From Macrostomum lignano (Eukaryota): a stretch of 64,000 bases of DNA. Location of the stretch: NCBI GenBank assembly GCA_002269645.1, contig NIVC01001563.1:62001-126000 (forward strand), in the 5' to 3' direction. Made by a program: the position numbers and the translations under genes. Shown piece after piece: positions 22,273 through 35,560 of the stretch. Within the stretch, counting starts at the first letter, position 1, and each line of letters starts with the position of its first letter. Below the pieces are notes generated by a model that had not been told where the DNA came from, did no database searches, and worked only from the letters and a program-made list of their open reading frames with translations.

Positions 22273-24689
22273 ATAAATTGTGAGAGAGCCGTACAGAACA
22301 CACATTTTATATCAATGATTATAGCCATGCCTATAAACTCAAATATTATCTAGACATAGCTGCTGTGCCTATAAGTACTCCATTTGAAAAAATGCCAGTT
22401 AGGCCCCTACCCTAACAAAGTGACCAACATCTGAAATTTAGAATTTTCAATATTATAGGCCTAATGTATAACTTATAAGCTAGGTCTAAGCATAACAAAA
22501 ATCCAAAATAGGCCTAGGCTTAGCACTTAGGTCAAGAAAAATATTAATGTTAGTCGTTAGAGCTTAGACTCTTAGAGGTAGATGCAATGCATATTTATTA
22601 AGAAATTTGGCTTCCCAAACAAAGATCTCCACGACCACAGACAAGTCAGGGGCGTTCAAATAGTCCTAGGCCTAATCCACTAAGGATTTCTTAATTACTC
22701 AATGCTCAACGCATGGGCGTATGGCTTTCAGTTGATTCAGTCTAGGGCCTAGCCTACGGCCTAGCCCTCGTCCAACTTTACAACTTTTTTTTCATACTGA
22801 AGATTTTAAATTGACAACGTTGAATGTCTCCGATTTATGTTATGCCTTTAGAACCTCGAGCCCAAATATATGCATCGCCTACCCACCCAATCACGCGAAT
22901 GACAATTGCCAATGGTTTTTCTGTTCCATCTTCCATTTGACTGTACATTTTTTATTTTTTTTTTAATTATTAAGACACAAGTAATGCTTTGGAAATTGTT
23001 TATAGAAAAACAACATTATTTTATATTATGTTGCTTTTAAGTTATAAAATGATATACTTAAAAACGTTAATTACTGTTTGTGGTATTTGTTTTATTTTAA
23101 TGCGTTAACGAGAACTAAAAACACCTTTAAATATAAATTTGATAAAAGTACAAATACATTTGCATGGCATAACTCCTATTTTCTACTTAATTAGGCTAGT
23201 AGTTTGTCTTTCTCGCTTGAAAACACTTATAGCATAGTGTTTTCGAGTGTCATGGTTTTTATTTCGGTAGATTTTTAATCAGAAAACCTGCATTGCTGAA
23301 TGCAGCAATTCAGTAGAAAAGGGTTCTTGTATGGTACATTATAGGGACATAGAAATTTGGTAGCTACAGTAGCTACAGACTACAGATTATTTGAAACCTA
23401 GATGTATGTATTTGTTCATGGAGAGTAGTTAAGGGTTAGAGAGGTGGTGGATTAAGAGAGAGCAAAGTGGGGCTCTAGCCAGTCTGAAAAATTCAGATCG
23501 ATGTACAAATTGTAATCACACTCAGGTCTGATGAGTCACTTTAACTAAGAGCAGCATTATGGTGCTTTAAAGAATACATCTGAGTATTCCTTAATTGATT
23601 ACACATTTATTTATTGCAGCTGCTGCTGTGAGTGTACATGATGTTACTTAATTAAGAAAACAAAGTTTGACATTTTAATTGAAAAAAACACGTTTAGCTT
23701 GCAATAAAATAAAAATAACACACTAAATTAATAGTTTTACACGTCATACGAACATTAACCGTAGGTCAGCATGAAAGCTATATAGCAAGTGAAGATGGGC
23801 AAAGAGCTGAGAGCTGAGAAATGGGCAAAGATGATTAAAACAGGAAGGACGAGGCATCTTGTTTATTAGATTATTTTAAGCCTCATTTTTTCCGAAAAAC
23901 GACACTATTTGATTAAACGCCCATAAAATGATAGTTTTAAAATGTACATGCTTTATCTTCTCTATCGCTTTAAAGATTTTTTAAGTCAAGCCGTTAAAAC
24001 TTTTCCAAGAAATCCAGTGTTTCTATTTTCTCGATTCTATAGTGGAACTTGAAAATGGGAAACTGTCAAAGAAGCAGAGTTGAGACTCAAAAAAGCAAAT
24101 GAAAATAGCACTCATGTCATACCATAAATAATGAATGCGTGTACAACAAACGAGATGCACGGATGTTTACATGTACATAAAAACGCAATAGAAATTTGAA
24201 AACATTTGAAAAATGAAAGAGAAGCGAGACGGAGCCAATATTAAATAACTACATGAATGCAAACGCTAAAGCAGGCATCAGGAAGGCCGCAATGACCTCT
24301 TAGGGTTGGGCAATAGAGTAAATACAATGAAAGATTTATGCTCAAAAGCTCTCTAGCAGGGTGTAAGAGTATACTTTACTTCACAGTTAAGCAAACGATT
24401 AGAAAACCACAGCTAACAAACAATGGCTAAGAGAATTGCTGACAGAGTACAAAAGTACATTTATGATTAAATATAAATATGAACGTGCTAACTCGATACG
24501 TGTGTGACAGAAAGTTGCAGCGATTGCTTTACTGAAAAATTTGTTCTAATTTTTCTTACGCTATAGAATTAGATAAGAGGATCGTATACTGGGTCCAAAA
24601 AATTGAACGGGAAGAGGGCCACAGGAATTAAAAAACTGAAACATAAGGCTGCTTTGCTTTATCAAAGGACAGGAAGAAGAGTTAGCGGC

Positions 24690-25262
24690 GCTACATTGAG
24701 AGACCGGAAGTGAACTAAGCGGCGCTAAATTGAAGGAACGGAAGTGAGCTTAGCACCGCTACATTGAGAGACCGAAAGTGAATTTAGCGGCGCTAAATTG
24801 AGGGACTGGAAGTGAGCTAAGCGACGCTACATTGAGGGACTGGAAGTGAGCTAAGCGACGCTACATTGAGGGACCGGAAGTGAGCTAAGCGACGCTACAT
24901 TGAGGGACCGGAAGTGAGCTAAACAACGCTACATTGAGGGACCGAAAGTACATTTAGTGGCGCTACATTGAAGAACCATAAGTGAATTTAGTGGCGTTAC
25001 ATTGAGGGACCAGAAGTGAATTTAGTGGCACTACATTGAGGGACCGGAAGTGAACTAAGCGACGCTACATTGAGGGACCGGAAGTGAACTAAGCGACGCT
25101 ACATTGAGAGACCGAAAGTGAATTTAGTGGCGCTACATTGAGGGACCGAAAGTGAATACAGCGGCTCTACATTAAAGGACCGGAAGAGAGCTTAGCAGCG
25201 CTACATTGAGAGACCGGAAGTGAGCTTAGCACCGCTACATTAAAAGACCGGAAGTGAACCTG
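24690..25262. repeat. 34-bp minisatellite (GCTACATTGAGGGACCGGAAGTGAGCTAAGCGAC) just past the DCAF6 stop
   Basis: About 17 diverged tandem copies. Confidence 0.93.
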
Positions 25263-25408
25263 GTGGCGCTCCTCATGAGCAGTGATAGCAGCTTTAGCCC
25301 GCTTAGCCTAAACTCACACTGGATACGCCACTAATTCTTCAAAAATGCTACTTTATTCCACATTCTCATTGCATGAAAGTACAATTGGCTGCATCATGGT
25401 TCAAGTTA

Positions 25409-28400
25409 TCAATCACTGCGCTCGTGGGAATAGAGCCTAGACAGAGTCCGCATGATAGATAGCATAGCGCTGCCAGGCACAGTCACTGTGTTCATAGTCT
25501 GCGCTAGCATGGCCTGATTTCGCTTAACCAAACCGGCCAAATCATTATTAGCCGAAGTTAGCGACTTTTCACCGCCGGCTATTGGCGACCAGAGCTTCAC
25601 GTCGTAGTCGATGCCGCTGGTTGCCAGGTAGAGCAGGCTGGGATGCGGCGCCACCCGATTCACCACCCGCTTGTCGGCCAGGCAGGCGTTCAATAGGCGG
25701 CCATCGCTGGCGCGCCAGACAAGAAAGTGTCCGCAATCGCTGCCGGACAGGACATAATTGGAGCCCCAGAATGCCGCCTGTTGGATGCAGGTGCGCGCGT
25801 TCCGGTGGCCCTGGAACACCCGGCACACCGGATAGCTTGGATAGTCGGTCGCCGATTCCACTTGCGAGCCGCTGTCGGCCAGGCCGCGGCGATTTGACTG
25901 ACATGGAGCGGCGCGGGTGGCGGCGGAGTCAGCAGGGACTGAGGCTACGGAAGCGGCGGAGGCGGCGCCAGCTCCATTGCTGCTTGAATTCGACAGCTCG
26001 TGCGGTTCCGACGAAGGCGCCGGCGTCGGAGGCTCGGAGTGGCGCTGTCGAACTGCGGGCACCTCGTCAGAGGTGTCATCGCTGTCCTCTGGCAGCGGCG
26101 GGTTCTGGCCCTCCTGGTCCATCGGCTGCTCGGACGCTGCAGCGCCGGCCGGATTTCGCTGTCGATTGAGCTGGTAGGCCCGCATCATGAACTGCCCGAG
26201 GCGCTCGCTGTAGTCGCCTGAGCCGCGGGCGACGCCGCCATCGTTGCCGCCACCGTCTCCGCTGCCACTGCCACCACCGCCGCTGCCGCCTCCTTCAGTT
26301 GAAGACGACGGCGGCTCGGAGCCCGGCCCGGTGTCGGACCAGTCGCCGCGGAAGCGAAACACGATTCGACCTGACGAGTCCTCGGCTGGAACGGCGTCGG
26401 TTGGCAGCGGGCCGCCGTGCAGCGGATCGCAGCCGGCGTTGGGCGCGGCGGTCAGTTGCGACTGAGGCACAGTCTGCTTGATGTCGAACAGGTAGAGACT
26501 GCCGCCATTGTAGGAGGCCAGCAGCTGGGTTGCACTCGGATTAAAGCTTAGGCTGGTAACGCGAACAAGTCGCTTTGAGCTGAGCACTTCAACAGGTTTG
26601 GACTGGCTGACCCAGCGACCGTAGCCGATGCAGCGCCGATCATATTCGCCAATGTAGCCGTCCTTGTCGGCCACGAATAGCCGCTCTCTGGCCAGCGGGT
26701 GGACGGCGGCTGCCGTGTAGCCATAGTAGCTGGGTTGTGAGGTGGGCCGGGGCTGGCGAGCATCGGTCAGAGAGCATCAGTGAGCATCAGTCAGTGAGCA
26801 TCAGTCAGTAAGCATCAGTCAGTGAGCATCAGTCAGTGAGCATCAGTCAGTAAGCATCAGTCAGTAAGCATCAGTCAGTGAGCATCAGTCAGTGAGCATC
26901 AGTGAGCATCAGTCAGTGAGCATCAGTCAGTGAGCATCAGTCAGTGAGCATCAGTCAGTGAGCATCAGTGAGCATCAGTCAGTGAGCATCAGTCAGTGAG
27001 CATCAGTCAGTGAGCATCAGTCAGTGAGCATCAGTGAGCATCAGTCAGTGAGCATCAGTGAGCATCAGTCAGTGAGCATCAGTCAGTGACCATCAGTCAG
27101 TGAGCATCAGTCAGTGAGCATCAGTCAGTGAGCATCAGTCAGTGAGCATCAGTCAGTGAGCATCAGTCAGTGAGCATCAGTGAGCATCAGTCAGTGAGCA
27201 TCAGTCAGTGAGCATCAGTGAGCATCAGTCAGTGAGCATCAGTAAAAGGTCACGAGTCGCGTTCTCACCGGCAGTGCTGGTTGGTGAGCAGCACAACATG
27301 CCTGGAGTCGGGCTGGCGCACATCGAACTGTCTGAGAGTGCCGTCGGCGCTAACGCTAAGAAACAGGTCGGCCTCAGTGGGGCTGGTGACAATGTCGAAC
27401 ACGGTGGCCCTGTGACAGGCGTAGGAGCGAATGTTGCCACCATCGTTGCTGGCCTGGCCAAGGTCGATCAAGTTGATTTTGCCGTCGCCAGCTGCCGATA
27501 AAATTTTTAGATCATCTGACATTGGCAGGAATTTTGAGCTGAATATGTTCGCCCGGTGGCCAGATGCAATCGAGTGAGACTCGGCCTGGTTAATTTTAAG
27601 TATTCAGGCATAATTTCATTTGTAGCTACTTATCAGTAGTGTGCTGGGCAAAGACATGCAGGCCTGGACCCTATTCATACAATGAGATGCAGTGCTATCT
27701 ATATATAAGCCTTTGGATACAATTACTCAAGATTTCACTACATTCTTCTGCAGCAACTAAAACACCTGCTTTCATTACCATATGCCCTGTTCTGTTTGCC
27801 ATTATTTTGCAATGCAAAGCAATGTTCCAAATTCAACCTGCATGCATGCAATAGTTTTGGATTTGTTTAGTTTTGATACCAAAAACCATGGTTGGGAAAG
27901 ATTTGAATCTCTTTCTAAAATAGACAGGAGCTACAGGGTATTAATCAGATAGTTAAAGGCTTAAGAAATATTAACTAGAGAAAAAAGTCAAATAAAAGTC
28001 TAATGGAAATTGTAAAACATCTCAATAATTGTTAAAATGGTTTATGACTTATTGAAAGCAACTTAGCTTACCAAATGACTAAATGGAGATGTTATAGCAA
28101 CATTGCGATCATCTGAGCCAGACAATAAGTAGCGCCCATTAGAGCTCCAACACACTGAATTAACCTACAAAAATGAAAAGGAAAATTCTTGATGATGATG
28201 ACTATGATGACTAATAGTCATCAAGTTTTTAAAAGATATACAATAGAATTAAAGAACTCACACAACCAGAATGCACAGGAAGAATTTTTTCCAATGATAG
28301 TCGCATTACACTCCATTCAAAGTCTAAAAAGGTTAGAAAATGTTTAAATGTTTATCTTCTTTATTAAACTTTTACTATATTATATTTATTTCCAATAATG

Positions 28401-28821
28401 CAATATTGGTCTCATTCTGTATAATCATAATTATCATACATAGTTTATTTTAAAACTATCTTATAAGTAAAGGTTTATTACAGAAGAAAAACAAAATGCT
28501 TAGATAGAGCAGACTTAGAGCAGAATACTAAAAGCAAAAAAATAGTTGTTAGTAAATAGCTAAGTTATAAGTTACAACTGATATAAGGGTGCAAAACACA
28601 GTGGCACAGTCGGAAATTTTTTTGGGGGGCCCATTCAGGGGAGGGGGAATTTTGCCAGGCCCCCGCACCCCCCTGGCTGTGCCACAGGCAAAACAATCAA
28701 TTCAACTTCTTCTCTAAAGCTATCAACATTTTTGGAGTAATTATTTACCTTTGAAATTGCTTTTTGGAAGGTTATCAGGAAAAGTTATTCGATAGTTCAA
28801 ATTTTGGTGAAAGAAAGACAT
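25409..28821 (-). CDS. DCAF6: DDB1- and CUL4-associated factor 6-like WD40 protein; exons 28821-28749, 28323-28262, 28164-28072, 27585-27269, 26729-25409 (621 aa)
   Basis: All GT-AG, phases close (1,0,0,2). Motifs LPVHSGC|VNSVCW...LLSGSDD, SGHRANIFSSKFLP, GHRNART...FWGSNYVLSGSDCGH, LATSGIDYDVKLWSP and NTVTVPGSAML fit DCAF6. The first three exons are missing from the ORF track. Confidence 0.88.
26765..27242. repeat. 14/10-bp minisatellite (CAGTCAGTGAGCAT) filling DCAF6 intron 4
   Basis: Direct tandem copies. Confidence 0.96.
28599..28687. mobile_element. 89-bp hAT-type mini-MITE in DCAF6 intron 1
   Basis: TIRs CAGTGGCACAG / CTGTGCCACAG (one mismatch); exact 8-bp TSD GCAAAACA at 28591-28598 and 28688-28695. 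Confidence 0.85.
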
Positions 28822-30697
28822 TTTTAAAGTTCACAAAATGTCTAAAATAGATCTGCAAATAAAGTCCCCCCCCTAGTAATGATTTAGCAAAAAACAAACG
28901 AGTAAGAAGTAATCAATTAAAATTAAAAATTCTACGGTTACAAACGTCATTTGCTTTGTGAAGCAAACAAAACTTTAGGCAAAGCAAGTTCTACTTTGCC
29001 AGTTTGCTGAAAATTAATTTGATCTCGGTTAAGCGAACGTTTTGTAGAAAAAAAGTATTCAAATTTTTTGGTCATTTTCGTAATGTAAAATATACTTTAC
29101 GGCTCGTTTTTATACATAAATATTATTCAATTCAAAATTAATTATTTAAAAAGTAGACAATTTTTTTGCAAAATTTCTCCTTAATTTAAATATATAGTTA
29201 TACTTAATACATTTGTACGATAATTTTACGAGGTAAAACCTATTTTGAAATCATTCAACAGTCCGTCAATTTAAATTTTTGTTTGGCTCTGAACTTTCCT
29301 TTTTCGTTTTAAAGAAGTTAAGTAGACATATACTTCTTTAGCATGTTTAGCATTTAAAATTTCGACATTCGAGTGTTATAACTACAGTACAGGCAACATG
29401 AATATGAGTATAATGTATATAATGTATAATGTAATTATATCTGTATTGGTGGTAAACTTACTGTAGTCTGTAATTGTAATGTGTACTGTACAATATTAGC
29501 TAGGCGGCTAACTTTGGCTCCCTAAGCAGATTAAGATGTAGCCTATTACATTTTTATGTGGTGGGTAAGGCTATAGTAGGCCTATAAAACACATGCATAG
29601 CAATATAGATTAAGAGGGTATTAGAGCCCAGAGGTTAGTTGCAAGATGTTAGATGGGACATTTTTCTATCTATAGGCCTAGGCCTAAAATGCCTGAAAAC
29701 TTTAAGCTTTATGTATGAGTATGACATTGGCATAAATAGATAACAGATTTGGCTACAGGCTAGGGGCCTATCTCTTAGTCCATGACTCTACTATCTTATG
29801 TTATTATCCCTTGTTCTTAGGCCTAGGCCTAGCTGTTATTTTTTTGGCCTATAGAGGGCCTACCTCTTAATTTTGTATCTAGTTTTTTAGGCAGTCATTA
29901 TTTGCATAGTAGGCCTACTGTGTAAATATAGCTAGTGTTATTTACAAATTATTTACAAAAGTAACTAAAATAAATAGGCCTACAATCTACATTAGCCTAA
30001 GGCCCCATAAATAGTTATTTTATCAAGGACTAATCAATATTTGATCCTTGTATCTTTTATTTTCAATATGAGTTTAAACTAACTAAAGCTAGGCCTTAGT
30101 AAAATAGAGTTTAAACATAATTTATGTTTATAGCTTAGCATTAGCTTAGCATAGCTTAGCTTAGCTAGCCTAGCTTAGTATACTTAAAAAACAAATAAAA
30201 GATGCAACTTATTTGCCTTTAAAATAAATGGATTTGTGGTCAGTCAAATATAACTTGATTAGGCCTATTCTCTTATAGCCATAGTTAGGAAGATAGCCTT
30301 TTTTACAGATAATTCCAGTGCAAAAAAGGGTTGGGTATGTTATATTGAAGCATTCTGGCACAATAGTAGGCAAGGGAAAAATTTCATTCTTTTGGTTAAC
30401 AATCACCTTAACTTAAATAGTGATGATCCCTCAAACAATGACAATCACTACTGAAAACAGTTGTAAAACATAAAACCCAATGGTGGTTTCCAATGAAATG
30501 AAATTGAATGTTGGCAAATTGACTTTGTTTATTTCAAATGATGGTAAGACTATTATAGCTTATATTTCACTTTTAGTTTACAATCATCTATATGTATGTT
30601 ACTATTAAAATGATTGCAAACCAAAGTTGGCTATAGGAAAGCCCATTAAATAATTTTAATTATAAAGTCGCAAGTTTGAACTAGCAGCTTATATATA

Positions 30698-32035
30698 CAA
30701 GGTGTATTCAAAAAGTTCTTTTCCATGCCCTACAAAACTGAACACAAAACAACTGGAACTATGAAAACACTATTAGATTGTTTAATTCTGTCACTCAACA
30801 TATTCATTGCTAATGTCTTTGCACTTCTGCCAGAAATTTACCAGGCCTCTGTTTCCAGAACTCACACCATTTATATCTGTTTGACGAACAGCTTGACTGC
30901 ATGCAACTTGGATGTGCTCAACGCTGTCAAATTGAATGCCTCGAAGGTGCTTCTTCACAGAATGAAATAAGAAAAAGTTGCATGGCAACAAATCAGGCAA
31001 ATAGGGTGGATGTTGGAGCACTTCTCAGCCCCATTTGCTCAGGAGTTCCACAACGTTGTGCTTGCAATGTGCTGGCGCATTGTCGTGCAGCAGGATCATG
31101 CTAGGTTCCAGCAGACCAGGGGCGCTTCTTTCCTATTGCTGGGCGCAACTCCTGCAGTATCCACTTTTAGTAGTCCCCATTGACGGTGGTTCCTTGTGGG
31201 ACTGCCCAGTTCAGCAGGATTCCTTGGGAATAAAAAACATGACGTGCATGATCTTCAGCGCACCCTGCTTCCTGATGGCTATCTGAGGTCTTGGAGAATA
31301 TGCTGGAAGCCATTCGGCAGACTGGGCCTTTGTCTCAGGATCCCAGCTGTAAACCCACGTCTCGTCTCCAGCAACAATTCTTGATAGAAAATCCTCCCCT
31401 TCTCGATGGAACCGACACAGGTGGCTGCTTGAAGCCAGAGTTCACTGCATCTTTTGCTCACCTGTCAGCAGGTGTGGCACCCACTTGCAAAACTTTTTCT
31501 GCAGGTGAAGACACTCAGTCAGAATTGTGTGGACGCTTCCTGCTGACACACCAACGTCTTCTCCCAACTCTTCGCAAGTCCGTAGCCGATCATCATCCAG
31601 GAGCTCTTGTACTTTCTTCACAACAGTCTCATAGGTTGCAGTCATCAGCCTTCCAGAGCGATCATTGTCCCCAACGCTCTCTCTTCCCTCAGCGAACAGC
31701 CGGTACCATTTTCGAAATGTCTGCTCAGTTGGTGCACAGTTGCCAAGCACTTGCTGAAGCTCCCTAAACATATCCGGTGGCTTTTTACTTGCAGAAACTG
31801 AAACTTCATCAAGCTTTGAATGTCTTACTTTGAAAATGATTCAGCTATGGCCAAGAAATTGAGTGGTAGCTGATAAAAATGTTTGCTGCTCTAAACATAG
31901 TTGCAAACTGAGGCTAAAAACCCTAGGAACATTTAGGCCATAGACATAACTTGGTGAAATCACTAAAATTCTGTTTACAATGCTTTCTAAAAATAAATGC
32001 CAAAGGACCAAAAAGAACTATTTGAATACACCTCA
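30698..32035 (-). mobile_element. Full-length but decayed mariner element (1338 bp)
   Basis: TA-flanked TIRs (AGGTGTATTCAAA.AGTTCT). Transposase pieces with HTH (FRKWYRLFAEGRESVGD), WVPHLL and degenerate YSPDLAP (HPPYLPDLLPCN) are split by stops and frameshifts. Confidence 0.92.
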
Positions 32036-32741
32036 TATATATCACTTTTAGTTTATGATCACCTAAACATATATTGCCTATTGAAATAATTGTGAACTAA
32101 AGCTGGCTATAAAAAAGTGTCAAATATAACAAATAGTCACCATATGCAGAAAACTGCTGCTCATTCTAGATCAAAGGCATCAAAATCCCCCTTTACCTTT
32201 GCATCCCCCTTACCTTTGCACCCTCTCTCCTTTGGTTTATGATTACTTCCACATATGCAATCTGCTAAAATGATCGCAGTCCAAAGCTGGCAATATTACC
32301 TTTACCCTAAGTGCATGTGCATTACATATAATATTAATTTTAACCCAGTTTCAGTTCAGTTTCAGTTTCTATTTGCATTACACATTCAAATGATCATATA
32401 CCAAAGCTGATATATAAGCATCATCCAATAAACTGCACTTTCAACTTTGTGTATTTTAAGTTTTACTAGTATTTTTTCAAATGGAAAATTATTGATTTTT
32501 GCATTTTTTCAAAGAGTTATAGTACAAAACCAAGCAAACCTTTTTAATAAGATTTGTTCCACAGCACAGTGCAATCAAACTTTTTTGATAAGATTCATTC
32601 TGGTATAGGCATGCCATGATCCTGACTATAGGGCTACAGCTATAATTATAAGTACTATAATATATAAAACTAGTATTTATTTTATTTACTGTGCAAATAA
32701 CAAGTACTAGTATTTTAGGATCTTTATTTATTTGTCTTCTA

Positions 32742-33569
32742 CGAGAGGTGTCCCAAAAGTTCCCGGAATGTCTAACGTAGCTCTTCAACAGAGCCATGAA
32801 ATTTCACGCCCATGGTGTCAAATGAAAAGAAATTTTGTCACAAAGAATACAAAGTTAAAATCATGTTGATATCTTTTTTTATTCAAGAGCTACAGCAAGA
32901 AACGTGCGCAAAGGTCATGGGTAGTGTTACACAACCTCAACAATCTATGGCAATAATTTTTTCATCTCCATTTTTGGAGTTTTTCATTTTGAATTCGTGC
33001 TACTGACGTGTTAGAAAGACGTGGTAGTGTCTATGGAAAAAAGCAGAAATGCTCATAAAGCTAATCTGAGCTTTTGCGCGAGTGCAGATAATTTGTACCA
33101 AGCGCTTGCTTTCAACTTGAAATTTCTTTGCGAAAATGAGTTCTCTTCAGAGCCTTGAAAGTCAGCAAAGTCAAGTTTTTGCCCTTTGGTCAGTAGGATG
33201 GAGTAGAGCCAAGATTTCTAACCACTTATTCTCCATCCACGGTGAGAACAGCCTGAAAAAACTGCAATTTACGGATGGATTGAACGCTTTAGAGTTGGCC
33301 AGTCTGCTGTGAATGAATTCAAAATGAAAAACTCCAAAAATGGAGATGAAAAAATTATTGCCATAGATTGTTGAGGTTGTGTAACACTACCCCTGACCTT
33401 TGCGCAAGTTTCTTGCTGTAGCTCTTGAATAAAAAAAGATATCAACATGATTTTAACTTTGTATTCTTTGTGACAAAATTTCCTTTCATTTGACACCATG
33501 GGCGTGAAATTTCATGGCTCTGTTGAAGAGTTACGTTAGACATTCCGGGAACTTTTGGGACACCCCTCG
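32742..33569. mobile_element. Mariner-derived MITE with ~255-bp TIRs (828 bp)
   Basis: TA-flanked; 32742-~32997 is the near-perfect reverse complement of ~33315-33569. The spacer encodes a frameshifted mariner HTH remnant (IYGWIERFRVGQSAVNE). Confidence 0.9.
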
Positions 33570-35399
33570 TAGTTATTTTAGACTAGGGGTTCAATAATAT
33601 TTAATTTTCAAGATTTTTGAGATTTGCTTTTTTGTCAATACAACATAAGATTCAAGTGCTACCAAATTTTTCAATGTCTAATTTGTCAACTATTTTGATG
33701 AGTTTGGTTTACCTTACCATGTACTATTGACAAGTTTAGTTACTTAACAATAAGTTCACTATTGTCATTGACTAATATATTTACTTTACACTAAAAATTG
33801 AAGGACAAAGCCTATTGAGAAGATACATATAGGATAACAAAGAATGGTTTTATTTGATATTATTTTTTATAAGCTGTTAATACCTGCAGATTTTAAAGTC
33901 ATTGAATTCTAATAATAAATCCCAGGAACTATTTTTGCATGCATTTTAAAATCTAAAATCCAAAACCAAGTTAATGGTTGAGATAAGCAAAACTTGGGAT
34001 TAAATTTGTTTAAAAGGTTTGTTTGTTTAATTTAAATATTTATTCTAGTACATATTTAAATAATGAAAGAAAAACTAAACTTATAAATTATAGTTAGTTT
34101 ATAATTATAATAATTAATTATTGTATAATTTCTTTATGTATTCTAGTGGCTATGCAATATAGTCTTAGCAACAATGCAATTTATACTAAGAGGTTTTTTG
34201 TTCATATGGTAAAGTGTGTATATGTACCCAAAATTTGAAATTGCACCTTGAAATTGATAACAGAGTGCAATTTAATTGTGATATTATTACCTATTTTGAT
34301 AAGTAATAAAACTACTTAACTTTGACATGTTAGCTGGACTAAGTTAAGAGTCTTCAACCTTCTACAGAGAGTAGGCTGCATTAATAACTGGCTTGGGGTC
34401 TGTAGGCTACATGCTCCCCCTCCCTCCCAACCCTTTTAACCCCCAACCCACACCTTTGCCTTGAATCTTACTGATATTAGCTAGCATCCTTTCTTACTTT
34501 CATTTCTACTCTTGACTGCATGTATATTTGTATACTAGGAGTAGTTAAAATAGTAATCCAAATGATTTTAGGGCTGCATAAAATTTTGAAGGCAACAATA
34601 AAACATACATGTCTAACACCTGTCCAACCTGTCTAAACTAGATAGGTGAAATAGCCGCCAGCCAAGATAAGTTGCAAAATTGAAAATGCAAAAAAAATGA
34701 AAAATTGGGTGAAGAAAGAAAGGAAAAGAAAGAAGGGAGTAGAGAGAAAAAGAAAGAGGACAAAGAAAGAAAAAAAGAGAAAAAGGCAAGAAAAGTCATA
34801 TACAAAGTGAAAATTAAGTCCCAATCGGAGAAATTAAGTTGCAATTGAGAGGAACTAAGTTGCAAATCTGGACAAAACTAAGTTGTACTGGATAGGTGAA
34901 ATTTTAAGGTTGGGCATATATGCAGTGAAATCTGGTGATAGAAGGTACATAGTCAAGTTTAGTTATATAGTCTTGGTAGGCCACATGTAATGCAAACTAC
35001 TAAAAGTTGCCACAAGCTAAAAAAAGGGCTTGCAGGCCAAAGGTTGGGGCCCCTAGACTAAATACTATCATTATAACTGATCCCATAGCTAAAGAAAAAA
35101 ATGTTGTTGATTCTTAAGCTAAAGAAAATTTGCTTCAAAAGCTCACTTAAGTAGAAGATATAATGTCTACGCTAACAACTAAAATCAATTAAAGAGCAAG
35201 TTCCATGTGCAGAAAAAACAGTTACAATTTTTTATTGTCTTTCATACAGAAAGGCTATCAAACTTTTCAAATTAATAATTTTGAATTTGACAAAAACTGC
35301 TTAAAGCTTTTTGGGTATCATAATAAATATAAAGAGAATTATTGTTTTATTATTATTTATTTTTATTTTATATATAATATAATTAGATATATAATATAT

Positions 35400-35560
35400 A
35401 GTGGATTCTTAACCCAGTCGGAACAATTTGTGTCCTTGAGCAAGACACTTAATACTGCATTGTTTCAGTTCACCCAGCTGTAAAATGGGTGCCAGCATTA
35501 GCTGGGGTAATTGAGAGTGTGTGTGGCAACCCCAGTCCTTGGACTGAACAGCCATAAGCA
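35400..35560 (+). mobile_element. CORE-type SINE remnant
   Basis: GTGTCCTTGAGCAAGACACTTAA...CAGCTGTAAAATGGG resembles the CORE domain of MIR-like SINEs (GTGACCTTGGGCAAGTTACTTAA...ATCTGTAAAATGGG). Confidence 0.65.

Noticed and set aside
25569-26763. Overlapping and antisense ORFs over GC-rich exons (also at 2158, 11166, 19256, 47145-47998, 56603-57697)
   Set aside because: Expected shadow ORFs of GC-rich coding sequence; no independent evidence.
33583-35056. Possible hAT element between CTAGGGG and CCCCTAG ends
   Set aside because: Terminal match is short and the flanks show no TSD.
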